A program made the translations under genes and the position numbers. A stretch of 64,000 nucleotides of DNA from positions 18,042,001-18,106,000 of the forward strand of contig OX597834.1 in NCBI GenBank assembly GCA_951406725.2, given 5' to 3'. Positions 25,405 through 38,849 of this stretch are shown here, in pieces (positions within the stretch are counted from its first letter, which is position 1; each line of letters opens with the position of its first letter). The notes under the pieces were generated by a model. That model saw nothing but the letters and a program-made list of their open reading frames with translations. It was not told the DNA's origin and searched no databases. The stretch is from Octopus vulgaris (Eukaryota).

Positions 25405-25890
25405 CATATCTCCTTATCTCCTCAAATACATACATCATCTCGAAAGAGTCCAGAAGCTGGCTACCCGCATGGTTCTTGGTCTCAAGCATTTGTCTTATGA
25501 AGAAAGGCTGAAGACACTCGACCTTTATTCTCTCGAAAAACGACGACGCTGTGGTGATCTCATTCTCGCTCACAACATCACAAGCAGAAAGTGTAACCTC
25601 TCGAAAGAGCTGTTCTTCACTCCTGCTCCAGAGCATGGGCTGCGGGGTCACTCCAAAAAGCTCTATCTATGACGATTTCATCTCAATCGAAGGAGAGGGG
25701 CTTTCTCCGACCGGGTTGCAGATCCGTGGAATAAGCTGCCGGACAAGATAGTGAAGATGCCGACGACCACTCGGTTCAAAGTCTCTCTTGACCAGAAATG
25801 GCCTGAACTCTTTGTGTGACCACCCTCCCTGTACATAACTCCATGTCCTCCTACATGGCCTTGCTTTTGCTTTTTTGAGCCAAAAAAAAT
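25405..25890 (+). mobile_element. CR1-clade LINE 3' fragment
   Basis: SPYLLKYIHHLERVQKLATRMVLGLKHLSYEERLKTLDLYSLEKRRRCGDLI, a classic CR1 RT C-terminus. Confidence 0.92.
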
Positions 25891-25974
25891 TATATTAAAA
25901 AAAGGAAAAAAAATATAATCCAAAGAAATGCAGTTAGGCATAATCAATAATGATTCCACCAGCTCACTGCCCCA

Positions 25975-26422
25975 AACCTTGAGCACTCACATTATCCTGT
26001 CAAAAGTAATACTAGTTTATTCATATTGTTTTTAATTACTCATGTATTATCTTGTAGCTTTGAGATTTTTATGAGATAAATGCTAATTTTTAGAATGACA
26101 TTATAGAGTTGGTGTAAGAGATGAGATCTGGTCACTTTCTACATAAAACAGGTAGAATATTTTGGCCAGATATACTGGTTTAACCCTTTAGTGTTCGCAT
26201 TATTCTGCCAAAATTAATGCTTCTTCATCCACTTTGTTTTGAACTAGTTATGCATTATCTTGTAGCTATGAGATTTTGATGAGGTAGCTGTTAATTTTTA
26301 AAATGATATTGTAGGGTTGGTGTGAGAGACCAGATCTGGCCAGTTTGAACATAAAGCAGGCAGAATACTTTTGGCCAGATATGGCCGGTTTAAATGCTAA
26401 AGTGTTAAATGCTAAAGGGTTG
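25975..26422. mobile_element. TTAA MITE nested inside a related MITE
   Basis: Inner copy 26184-26404 is flanked by TTAA (26180-26183, 26405-26408) within the terminal ggtTTAAatgctaaaggg of the outer copy. Confidence 0.8.
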
Positions 26423-27799
26423 AATCTTCTGTAAATATTGTCTGCAATGTACTGGACTCCTTAGAAGCTTTATTTTTGACAATTGACTTGCACAAAATGG
26501 CAATGAAGTTGCCTTCAAATTATACTTTATTAACTTAATTAAGGAAAGGACACATTGTATAATGTTGTTCTTCATACTTCTGACATGTCAGGGTGGATAC
26601 AGCTGGAAACCCTTTCATCATAAAACTGATTTGCAACAGCTCACCTGGAGGCTTAACCCTTTTCATACCAACCTGTCTGAAACTGTCACTTGTTCAATAT
26701 TAACTTCCTGGCGCCGAGCTGGTAGAAACGTTAGCGCGCCGGGTGAAATGCTTTTCGTTATTTCGTCTGCCGCTACGTTCTGAGTTCAAATTCCCCCTAG
26801 TTCTGAGTGTTTGTCCCCCTAGCATTGCTTGACAACCGATGCTGGTGTGTTTACGTCCCCGTCACTTAGCGGTTTGGCAAAAAGAGACCGATAGAATAAG
26901 TACTGGGCATACAAAGAATAAGTCCCGGGGTCGATTTGCTCGACTAAAGGCAGTGCTCCAGCATGGCCACAGTCAAATGACTGAAACAAGTAAAAGAAAA
27001 GAAAAGAAAGTACCGGATTCAATTTGTTCAACTAAAAATTCTTCAAGGTGGTGCTCCAGCATGGCCACAGTCTAATGACTAAAACAAGTTAAAGAATAAA
27101 AGATAAAAGAAATCAACCCTACTAAGCATTTTGTTTGACGCGCTAACAATTCAATCAGCTTGCCACCTTCTAGATACCTGAAAAAACTGAAAAAAAAGCA
27201 AAGAAAGATAAAAAGGAAAAATGGATGAGATGATCAAGGTTGGAGTATCTTTGAACACAAGTCATGTCACTGAGAGTTTACTTGAGGGCTAAACAAACAG
27301 TTGTTTCTCATCTAAATATGATAGTTTTATCTAAAATTTTCAAGAAACTTGTCTCCATTTCTTTATTTATATATTTGTCATTGAAATTCTTCAATATATT
27401 TTGTATAAATGAAGTGTAAATAAATTAGGAAAAAAAAAATGCTGACAAAAATATGTAGAAATGGAAAGAGGCATAAAAGACAGGAAGCATACCCAGAATA
27501 TTTTGTCCAGTTTTCACTTTTTTATTGATTTACTAATAACAACTTGCTTAAAGGTATAAGATATTCACAACATCTTTTCTCTATCTCTTACCTCCTCGTC
27601 ACTTCACTCCCCAACTTTCCCTGTTATTTTTCCCTTTCTCTCTCCCTTCTACCCCCACCGCCATTTATCGTCCTCTCTCTCTTTATCTCCTTCAACCACA
27701 CTCTGTCTCTTTCTATTCTTTTCTCTTGCATTCAGTCTTTCTTTTGTTTTATCTTTCTTATTTTTTTTACTCTCCTCTTTACATAACCAACTGCTTCTC

Positions 27800-27841
27800 T
27801 TAATGTGTCTCTCTCTCTCTCTCCCTCTGTATGTCTATCTG

Positions 27842-27921
<80 letters not shown>

Positions 27922-28022
27922 CACATACATATATACATATATATATGTATATATATACACATATATATATATATATAAATGTACACACACATACATATAT
28001 ACATATATATATGTATATATAT

Positions 28023-28055
<33 letters not shown>

Positions 28056-28062
28056 AATATAC

Positions 28063-28094
<32 letters not shown>

Positions 28095-28113
28095 GTATAT
28101 ATACACACATATA

Positions 28114-28170
<57 letters not shown>

Positions 28171-28232
28171 ATATCTTGTTCTTTCCTTCTTTATCAATGT
28201 ATACTTTTATTCACTTCTCTCTCTCTCTTTCT

Positions 28233-28270
<38 letters not shown>
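27800..28270. repeat. Compound (CT)n/(TA)n/(CA)n microsatellite
   Basis: Direct inspection. Confidence 0.95.
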
Positions 28271-28272
<2 letters not shown>

Positions 28273-28624
28273 CTTGTTTTTCCCTTTCTTTGTCTATCTG
28301 TATTTCTATTCTCTCTTCTCCCTCCCCCTCTCCTCTGTCTCTCCCTTTCTCTTTCCTCTCTCTCTCTCCTTTCACCTCCTTCCCCACCACCACTCAACCA
28401 AGAAAATCAACTAAATGGAGAATAACTATCATTAGAATACTGAAAAATTTCCCATGTGCTATGAAAGCCATCTATCATGGAATTGTATGCTTATGTGTGT
28501 GTGTGTAGTGTATGTTTAAGTAAGTGTGTGTGTGTGTGTATTATGTATGTGACTTCCTGCACGTACAGATTTTCCAAATCTAATCTTTTATTCAAACAGA
28601 CACTCATATACACATATACATATT

Positions 28625-28701
<77 letters not shown>

Positions 28702-29236
28702 GTATATATATATTATATATATTTATTTATTTATATTATACATACACACAACACCACACAACACAAAATATTTGTATGAACGCCACTACCACCACCATGG
28801 TCACCAACATCACATCAACATCATCATCATCATCATATTATCATCACTGCCATCTACAGCACATGGTAAAAAGCAACAGTGACAACAGAAATCTCAGTAT
28901 CAGCAGCAGCAACAGCACCACCAACAGCAACAGCAGCAGCTGCACACCTGCCACTCCAACAAAATCTCACTACAGTTATTGCAACCACTGATACTACCCC
29001 TCATCACCATAAAGATTATTTACATAACCACCAGTCATCATCATCACCATCATCAACATTATAACAGTTTCTGATATCAGCAAAAAGGGACCCAAATTTG
29101 TAGAAGGTAGCATTTGAAAAAAACTAACTTCCATGGGTGACTATCATTTGTTTTTCTTTTACTTGTGCAGGTAACCTATCAACAGGTGCAATAACCTCCT
29201 CTAAAAGAATATATATATATATATATATATATATAT

Positions 29237-29865
29237 GACCGAGACCTTTGGAAATATGCTGTGCTTGAGAAGACCCGGCAAGCCAAGTGAGACCATAGCC
29301 TCGTGGCCTATGCCAGTGGTGTAACCAGCCCACTTATGTGTACCTTTCCTTCATTGGATACAAAACTCTGCTTTAGAAGACGTTGAGGCAATCGAAACCA
29401 AATTCGATGACTGGCATCAGTGCTAGTGGAGCGCTAAGAGCACCATCTGAGCGTGATTGTTGCCAGCAACTGACTGGCTTTCATGCCAGTGGCACGTAAA
29501 AAGCACCAATCAAACGTGATCATTACCAGCGTCGCCTTACTGGCACCTGCGCCGGTGGCACATGAAAAAAACATTCAAGCGAGGTCCTTGTCAGTGCCAC
29601 TAAACTGGCTCCTGTGCAGGTGGCACGTAAAAAACACCATTTGAGTGTGGCCGTTGCCAGTACAACCTGACTGGCGTCATGCTGGTGACATGTAAAAGCA
29701 CCCACTACACTCTCAGAGTGGTTGGCATTAGGAAGGGCATCCAGCTGTAGAAACTCTGCCAGATCAGATTGGAGCCTGGTGCAGCCATCTGGTTCCCCAC
29801 TCGTCAGTCAAATTATCCAACCCCTGCTAGCATGGAAAGTGGATGTTAAACAATGATGATGATGA
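29237..29865 (+). mobile_element. RTE LINE 3'UTR (family D, long form)
   Basis: Reverse-complement homologue of 30760-31355 with a (gat)n tail. Confidence 0.85.
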
Positions 29866-29882
29866 TATATATATATATAAAT

Positions 29883-30633
29883 ATAAGAGAGTGACCATCA
29901 TGTGGTCTACTCTATCACTAAAAATAGATCCGCAAGGTTTCAGCCACAAAAGAAATTGTTTCCGTTGAAAGTTAGCACTACTACCAGCGCAAATGAACCG
30001 GGCAAATAAACATAACAAAATGTAGATTAGTTCGAGACAATTGTTTCGCTATTAATAAATTATGTGGTTTTACTTACATAAATTTATCTATTAAATTAGT
30101 ACCCAATTTTCTCACCCTTATCGGTTGATTGTAATTATGCTGCATTTAATTTTGGATGTAGTATTTGTTTCCGTGAATTTTGGCGGGCGATGACAGGGGC
30201 ACTTGAATTATAACAGCGAGTACAATTGACTCGACCGCACGTGCGTTTATCATTATGGTGAAGTCTAGCGTGCGATCGGGTAAATTGTATTCTGGACGGG
30301 TTCGGCTGAGGAGCTACAGATAAATTTATGTAAGTAAAACCACATAATTTATTAATAGCGAAACAATTGTCTCGAACTAATCTACATTTTGTTATGTTTA
30401 TTTGCCCGGTTCATTTGTGCTGGTAGTAGTGCTAACTTTCAACGGAAACAATTTCTTTTGTGGCTGAAACCTTGCGGATATATTTTTAGTGCTAGAGTAG
30501 ACCACATGGTGGTCACTCTCTTATGTTTATGTATAAAATGTGTCGTAATCTGGGTTTTTTATGCACTAAACCACTTGGTGGTAAATGGATGTGCTATTAA
30601 ATTAGTACCCAATTTTCTCACCCTTATCAGTTG
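29883..30633 (+). mobile_element. Penelope-type/retrozyme-like element: 506-bp terminally redundant unit plus 207-bp inverted copy
   Basis: Inverted arms 29883-30089 and 30318-30524; 40-bp direct repeat at 30088-30127 and 30594-30633; TA tracts on both sides. Confidence 0.8.
30300..30377 (+). ncRNA. Type I hammerhead ribozyme, canonical core
   Basis: gttcgg-CTGAGGA-gcta[39-nt hairpin]tagc-GAAA-caattg-TC/tcgaac. Stem I gttcgg:tcgaac, palindromic stem III ACAATTGT, GUC cleavage predicted after 30371. Confidence 0.85.
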
Positions 30634-30759
30634 TTTATATATATATATATATTATTGTGCTTGGGGAGTATCATTCACTTTTAGTGCCTTATACTTCAAC
30701 ACACAAATTCACATAGAGAATCTTGCAAACAAAATACAAAAATGAAATATATATATATC

Positions 30760-31668
30760 ATCATTATCATCATCATCTTTTAATGTCCACTTTTCATGCT
30801 GGCATGGGTTGGACAGTTTGACTGAAGACCAGCAAGCCAGAAGGCTGCACCAGTCTCCAATCTGAACTGGCAAGGTTTCTACAGCTGGATGCCCTTCCGA
30901 ATGCCAACCACTCAAAGAGTGTAGTGGGTGCTTTTATGTGCCACTAGCATGAGGGCCAGTCAGGCAGTACAGGCATTGGCCACACTCAAATGGTGCTTTT
31001 TATATGCCACCTGCACAGGAGCCAGTCTGGTGGCACTGGCAATGACCACGCTCGAATGGTGCTTTTTTTACGTGCCACCGGCATGGGAGCCAGTCAGTGA
31101 CCTTGGCAATGATTACGCTCTAATGATGCTTCTAATGTTCCACCGGCATGGGTGCCAATCAGCTGGTACTGTCATCGGCCATGAAAGCAATTTCACTAGC
31201 CTCAACAGGTCTTCGCAAGCATAGTTTATTGTCCAGTGATTGAAGGGTACTCTTAAATGGACTGGTTATACAGCACTGGCATAGGCCACGGTTATGGTCT
31301 CACTTGGCTTGCCAGGTCTTCTCAAGCACAGCATATCTCCAAAGGTCTCGGTCACTTGTCATTGCCTCAGTGAGGCCCAATATTCAAAGGTCGTGCTTCA
31401 GCACCTCATCCCAGTTCTTCCTGGGTCTACCCTCAAATGTTAGGGTGTGACACTTTTTGCCCTCATCCATTCGCAACACATGACCAGCACAATTGTCTCT
31501 CTTGCACACCACATCTGATGCTTCTTAAGTCCAACTTTTCTCTTAGGGTGCTTACATTCTGTTGTGTATGCACACCGACATTACACATCCAGTGGAGCAT
31601 ACTGGCTTCATTCCTTGCAAGCTTACGCATGTCCTCAGCAGTCATAGCCCATGTTTCACTGCCATGTA

Positions 31669-31670
<2 letters not shown>
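30760..31670 (-). mobile_element. 5'-truncated RTE LINE (ORF end plus 3'UTR)
   Basis: HGSETWAMTAEDMRKLARNEASMLHWMCNV...LREKLDLRSIRCGVQER, continuous with the family D 3'UTR and (gat)n tail. Confidence 0.9.
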
Positions 31671-31718
<48 letters not shown>

Positions 31719-31842
31719 TATTTCAATGATTTTCATAAAAACATAAACCGAAAATTTGACAGAACCATAACACAGAAAATTCGAAAATTCATAGCTAATT
31801 CCTCATCAGCTAATGTCCAAAAGATGATAATAGTTTTGTGCC

Positions 31843-31881
<39 letters not shown>

Positions 31882-32863
31882 GTGCTATTGACCTGACACC
31901 AATATCGGCAACAACTATGGTCTTACTTGACTTGACAAGTCTACCTACACAACACAGTATATTGCCAAAGGTCTTGGTCACCTGTCACTGCCTTCATGAG
32001 GCCCAACGCTTGAACGGTACTTTTTACGTACCACCAGCACGCGTGTCAGTCAGACAGCACTAACATCAGCCATGACTGCAATTTCACTCAGCTTGAGTGG
32101 TCTTCACAAGCACAGCATATACCCAACGTTTTGAAGGGTGCTTTTAACAGGCCAATTATGCGTCACTGTCATCAGCCACAACTACGGTCTCACTTGGCCT
32201 GACATGCCTTCTCAAGCACAGAATACTGCCAAAGGTCTTGGTCATTTGTCATTACCTCCGTGAGTCCCAACATTCAGAGACCATGCTTCACCACCTTGTC
32301 CTATGTCTTCCTTGGTCTACCTCTTCCTCAGGTTCCTTCCACTGTTTGAGTGCAACACTTCTTCACACAGCTGCCCTCGTCCATACACAATAGAACATCA
32401 TAAAAACACTCTCTGCAGCATTTCTTCTGGCTGTTTACATTCTGAGTTCAAATCCTGCTACAGTCTACTTTGTCTTACATCTTTTTGAGATTTAATAAAA
32501 TAAGTACCAGTTAAACACTGGGGCTGATGTGATTGACTTAGCCCTCCATTGAAATTTCTGGCCTTGTGCTAAAGTTTGAAACCATTATTATTATTATTAA
32601 TTAAGGTAGTAAACTGGCAGAATCATTAGTATGCCAAACAAAAATGTTCCATGGCATTTTGTCAGTCTTTACATTCTGAGATCAAATTCTGCTGAGGTTG
32701 ACTTTGCCTTTCATCCTTTCAGGTTTGATGAAATAAGTACCAGTCATACACTGGGATTGATGTAATCAACTAGCACCACCAACCAAAAAAAATTCAGGCC
32801 TTGTGCCTACAGTACGAAGGATTATTATGATTATTAACTTTGCCTTTCAGTACCAGTTGAGTA

Positions 32864-33143
32864 TCATCATCATCATCGTTTAGCGTCCGCTTTCCATGCT
32901 AGCATGGGTTGGACGGTTCAACTGGGGTCTGGGAAGCCAGAGGCTGCACCAGGCCCAGTCTGATCTGGCAATGTTTCTACGGCTGGATGCCCTTCCTAAT
33001 GCCAACCACTCCGTGAGTGTAGTGGGTGCTTTTTACGTGCCACCGGCACAGGTGCCAAATGAGTCTGGCAAACGGGCACGATCAGATGGTGATTTTTACG
33101 TGCCACCGGCAGCACGGGGGCCAGGCGAGGCTGGCAACGGCCA
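32864..33143 (-). mobile_element. RTE 3'UTR repeat (family D)
   Basis: Close match to 34655-34988 in the opposite orientation. Confidence 0.85.
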
Positions 33144-33870
33144 AAGTTGATAAAACAAGTACCAGTTGGGTCAATGTAATTGACTTACTCTGCCCCACTA
33201 AATTCACTAGTCTTAGTCTTCAAATTAGATAGAATTCTGTTTCTTATTTTTATTTCATGTTTGTTTTGATTTTTTGAGGCAAAGCAAACTGAAACATTGT
33301 CTGTTAGTTTGTTTGTATTTGATTTATACTTCCTTTGTTATTCTGTGTTTCCAACAACAACAACAACACCACCACCACCACCACCACCAATAACAACAAC
33401 AACAAGCTGTAATCCATCCTGCATAGTTCAGTATATATGCATTCTTGGGGGTGAAGATTTAGACCAGTTAGAGGAGAGAGGGGAGAGCGGGGGGAGAGTG
33501 AGGGGAGAGGGGGAGAGAGTGAAAGAAAGAAGGAAAGAAGAAAAGAAAGAAAGAAAAAGGTAAAGCATGAAAAAGGAAAGAAAAATGAGAAGCATAAAGA
33601 AAATAAAGTTTGACTCATTAGTTGATTTGGGGATTGTGAAACAAAAAAATAAAATAGGAGGAGAAGCAGAAAAGAAACAGAATGAAATTTGCAGCAAGTT
33701 TTGTGTGTTTGTGTGTTGTGATCTGAAAAGTAAAGAAAAGCAAAGATGGATGAGAAGACAGGCTATAAAAGTGTAAACAGAAGTATTGATTTGTATAGTT
33801 TTGCTTCAATGAACAATCCATTAGTTTATAATAAAGTCTTTTTTAAATGTTTACGGGGAGGAGGAGGAGG

Positions 33871-33975
33871 GGAAGAAGAAGAAGGTGAAGAAGAAGAAGA
33901 AGAAGAAGAAGAAGAAGAAGAAGAAGAAGAAGAAGAAGAAGAAGAAGAAGAAGAAGAAGAAGAAGAAGAAGAAGA
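33871..33975. repeat. (GAA)n microsatellite
   Basis: About 30 uninterrupted GAA units after one interruption. Confidence 0.97.
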
Positions 33976-34545
33976 GTAGTTTGGTTAACAGAAATATTAG
34001 AATAATGAGTAATAGATTATTTACAAGAGTTATGGTTTGCCAAATTTGGTAAATAAGTAAAAAAATTATTGGAAAATTCAAGAAATAATTTTTTTCCTCT
34101 TTTGTCTGCAAACAAAAAAACATCTTGTTTTTGTTTATATTTTGTATTTCTGATTAAATGATATTCATTTCAGTTTTTCTTTTTTTTTTTTTGTTTTAGG
34201 AGTTGAATATAATGGAAAATAATGATCTTATTAATAATGGATTCTTTTAGAATATTTCTAATACAGACACACACAAACACACAAACATTTCTGCATAAAA
34301 CCTTTGCTTTTCATCTTTTCTGGGTTGGCAAAATAATGTACCAATCCTATGAAGGGGTCGATTCTTTCTGCCTGTCTTTTGGTAAAAAAAACTAGCTGTG
34401 GTTAGACTTAGAGAGCTTTGGGCTCCACTATGTCTAACAAAAAAATACCCAAGAAAGGCACCTCCACAGCTCCGTCAATAATTGAGTGAACAAAGCAGAG
34501 ATATATATTCTTTTCATATATGTACATACATACTTATACATACCC

Positions 34546-34581
<36 letters not shown>

Positions 34582-34597
34582 CATCATATGATGATGA

Positions 34598-34654
<57 letters not shown>

Positions 34655-34984
34655 TGCCAGCCTCGCCCGGCCTCTGTGCCGGCAGCACGTAAAAAGCACC
34701 ATCCAATTGTGGCCGTTGCCAGCCTCGCCTGGCCCTCGTGCCGGTGGCACATAAAAAGCACCATCTGACCGTGGCCGTTTGCCAGCCTCCTCTGGCACCT
34801 GTGCTGGTGGCACGTATAAAGCACCCACTACACTCACGGAGTGGTTGGTGTTAGGAAGGGCATCCAGCCGTAGAAACATTGCCAGATCAGACTGGGCCTG
34901 GTGCAGCCTTCTGGCTTCCCAGACCCCAGTTGAACCGTCCAACCCATGCTAACATGGAAAGTGGATGCTAAATGATGATGATGA

Positions 34985-34988
<4 letters not shown>
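34655..34988 (+). mobile_element. RTE 3'UTR repeat (family D)
   Basis: tgccggtggcac repeats, ggaagggcatccagccgtagaaac and a (gat)n tail. Confidence 0.85.
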
Positions 34989-35037
<49 letters not shown>

Positions 35038-35522
35038 TATATATATATTTGATGGCTGGCTGGGTGGATGGATGGAAGGATGGATATTCTAAGCAAGGAG
35101 GATTATACCCAAAAAGATTTTATGCTTAAGAAGAAATGTATTGTGAACAGCAACACTGACCATTTTTTTCCATACCTGCCATCTCTGACAGGTATAGGTG
35201 TTAGATAATCATGTGATTACCTACTATCTTGTGTGAAACTGATTGGTAAGATCAGCTGTCATAGATCTGTAATATCATCTAATTGGATTTATATATATAT
35301 ATATTTTTTTTGTTGAGTTTGATCTGAGAACATAAACTTTTTGTGGAGAATGGTGATTTGATGTCTATATCTAGCATGTTGACTGTCCACTTTTCGTGTG
35401 CAGTCCTTAATTGGTATATATAAATATTTTAATCTTCGGATTCTTTCTTTAATATGCTAGACCACTGGTTCTAATTGATAAATATCAATTTTTACCCTAA
35501 ATTTAATTTTATATATATATAT

Positions 35523-35814
35523 AATTGTAGTGTGGAAGGTGTTTATAAGCCATTTAACAACACACAAAAACCGTTAGATTCACTTCAACATTTAAATTTA
35601 ATTTGCCTAAATATTTTCGTCGCTTTGAGTCCGCAGCCTGTTCACTGACAAAATTCCATGCTGCATCTCTGTGCAGCACAGAATTTTGTCAGTGAACAGG
35701 TCACGTTTTTAAAGCGACGTAAATATTTTGGCAAATTAAATTTAAATGTTGAAGTGAATCGAACAGTTTTTGTGTGTTGTTAAATGGCTTATAAACACCT
35801 TCCACATTGCAATT
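35523..35814. mobile_element. Fold-back element (~143-bp arms) with G3-C8 variant hammerhead motif on each strand
   Basis: Arms pair around the loop tctctg. Consensus of the two arms: tttgtca-GTGAACA-g-gtcgc..gcgac-GAAA-atat-TT-tggcaaa. Confidence 0.72.
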
Positions 35815-35871
35815 GCTTTTGTTTCAGCACAGGATCTCAGATCAGGTCACTTGCTATGCAAGTACATTTCC

Positions 35872-35902
<31 letters not shown>

Positions 35903-37087
35903 CATTATTAAAGTCATAAAGTTAATGTCTGGTCATAGAGTGACCAATGGTTTTGCATCCACGAGAGCTGTAGCTTCATGGACAACTCATTACACTCTAG
36001 TCTGAGCCAAATTTAACTCTTCACTTCTGAGAGGCAGAAATCTGTTATGGTCAATGGTCATTTGGTCGTCAAAGAATACATATTCCGGCATTAGTGAGGG
36101 TGGGTTATCTCCCCTAGATCAGCCATTTGCGGGCTGGGCGAGGTTAACAAGGGATTTATCCCTTGGGCTGCTTTGGATCGCAAGGACTCTTCCAGGCTGG
36201 GTCAGTGAATGGGGAATCCCACGCTTGCAGCAGGTAGTGCTTGAAATGGATGCATGGCATGAAAATTTCTTGTCAAGTACTCAGTGACCAATGAGTTAAA
36301 AAAATGAAATACCATCCCAGTGCTGGTGCAATGCTCTCTCCTAGTTGTCACATTCTAAATGTTCCTTTTATTTCAAAGACGGTGGGGCTGGAAGGGTAAT
36401 CTATGTTTGCTCATTGCTAGAACTCTTGAAATCAATAACGTAAGTATGGTGCACATTAGTATCAAGTCATCCTTGATTTTGCTTTGGCTCTTTATATTCT
36501 GAGTCTAAATCTTGCTCTGATCAACTTTGCCCTTCGTTCCTTGGGATGGGGTTGGATCAATGAAATAAAGTATCGGCCAAACACTGGAATCATTTTAATT
36601 GATTGTTCCCCTCTCATCAAAATATCAGGACTTGTGCCTGGCTTAGAAGCAATTATTAATGTAGTTCTCAACAGCTCGGGCCACTGAACTCAAATGAGTG
36701 TAAAGCTCACCATTGCAAGTAACAGAAACTCAGAGAAGCCAACGAGGGATCCACTGTATAGTCATGCAATCTCCTAGAAATAGTAATCAAATTCCCTTAA
36801 ATCACAACCTTACAGGATGTGCTGGAGATTGCAATCTTAGATATATAACTACAGAAAAAAATGTGGAGCCACAATAGCTAGAATGGCTTTGATCACATAC
36901 ATGCTCAATCGGAGCTGACCTGGGGCTAAACGACAACAACAAGAGCTCAGTGTGTTTGAGGGGAGGGGTTGATAAGCGTTTTATTGGCTGGCAGAGTTGA
37001 GGTTAATTCTTCTTGTTGGAAAGGAAAAGCTTCTTGTGATTGCCCCCCATATCATATCCAGGTGGCAATTTATCTTGCACCCCACTT

Positions 37088-37548
37088 CATCAACAGCAAC
37101 AACATTTATCATCATCATCATTGTCATCGTCATCATCACCATCAGCATCACCACCACCACCACCACCACGACCACCATCGTCATCATCATCTCCACCACC
37201 AACATTACAGTCATTGTCGTCGTTGTTGTTGCTGTCATTGTCACCATCATCATCATCGTCGTCATCATCATCTCTACCACCAACATTATAATCATCGTTG
37301 TCATTGTCATCATCATCATCATCGTCATCATCATCATCATCATTGTTCTCACCATCATTGTCATCATCATTGACTCTGGTATCATTGGTGTCGTTGTTAT
37401 TGTCATCATCATCATCATCATCATCATTGTCGTTGTTGTTGTCATTGACATCATCGTCATAGTCATCTTCATCAGCATTATCCGTATCATCATCATCATC
37501 ACTGACATTGTAACCATCATGATCATCATAATCATTATCAATATCATA
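37088..37548. repeat. (CAT)n/(CAC)n/(CGT)n degenerate trinucleotide tract
   Basis: Direct inspection; source of the poly-H/D/I/M ORFs. Confidence 0.95.
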
Positions 37549-38191
37549 GGCAAACTCCTCATCTTCGAATATTGCCTTGAGATTTATTCCATCCATACAC
37601 ACCTCTTTGATACCCATCACCTGTACACAATCTCCTTCAACGTCTGCCATTATTTTTCTCTCCATTTTTTTTCCTTCTAAGATTTTGAAGAGAATCCTCA
37701 ATAGTTATTATCTTTTCTACTTCCAGATCTTTCTTTACATCACACTTAGCCATTTCTTTATCTTTTTTTTTAATCTCTATTCTTCTTTCCCAGAAACATG
37801 TAAAGAATTTGTAAGACACCAGCATCAACTCTGCTACCCAACATACCAATATCACTTCCATTAAATAAATTACCTCATATGTCATACATGCCATACACTG
37901 TGTTATACTATTCTGTTATATATTTTCATTTTTTTTTTCCTTTTCTTTTTTGTATCTCATTGTTTTATTAATATCGGTTCTCACACTGCTATAAAGTACA
38001 TGATGCAAGTGTTATGACATCAAAACCTGTTACTTAGCACAATACACAATAGAGATAAGCACCAGTCCTATTCACTTATGAGATTTATAAAAGAATTAGC
38101 TTTCCGTGTTATCATTGTGAATTGTGTGTGTGTGTGTGTGTGTGTGTTTGCATGCATATGAGTACATACTTATATAAACACATATATGCAC

Positions 38192-38580
38192 ACGAGGGGG
38201 TGCTGAAAAGTTTCTGACTTTAAGGGTGTCACAAAATCCCTGGTTGGGAGCCCAAACTTCCTAGTTCTTTAACCCTTTAGTGTTCACATTATTCTACCAA
38301 AATTAGTGCTTTTTCATCCACATTGCCTTGAACTAATCAAGCATTATCTTGTAGTTTTGAGATTTTGATGAGGTAACTGTTAATTTTTAAAACCATATTG
38401 TCGGGTTAGTGTGAGAGACCAGATATGGCCAGTTTGAACATAAAACTGGCAGAATACTTTTGGTCGGATATGGCCGGTTTAAATGCTAAAGGGCCACTGC
38501 AATAAGTGTGTGAATCTGAGAGGGAAATATATTGGATAAAATCATAATTAACTGATCCTCCTGTATTTTCAGTACCCATT
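38192..38580 (+). mobile_element. Mariner-derived MITE containing a nested TTAA MITE (38272-38493)
   Basis: Head acgagggggtgctgaaaagtt matches 61630-61851; interrupted by TTAA-ccctttag...ctaaaggg. Confidence 0.78.
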
Positions 38581-38849
38581 GTATAAATATATATAAAAAT
38601 ATATGTATACAAGCAAAACACCTGCCATCTCTGCTGAATAAAAAGCAATCAGTGTTTTCTTTTCATTAAAAAATAATTAAGCATCCCTTTATTTCAATAA
38701 AATTTTTGGTTTTGTTAAACGAAGTTAAAGCAAAAAAAAACTTCTTGAGAAACCAAAAAGTCTTTCCTTCCTTCAAGGCAAGTTTGAAGAAAATATCTCT
38801 TTTGCATCTTACTTTTTTGGTCTCTTAAATATACTGCATTTTGTGGCAT

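Noticed and set aside
36969-37701. His-rich and Asp-rich ORFs
   Set aside because: (CAT)n low-complexity artefact.
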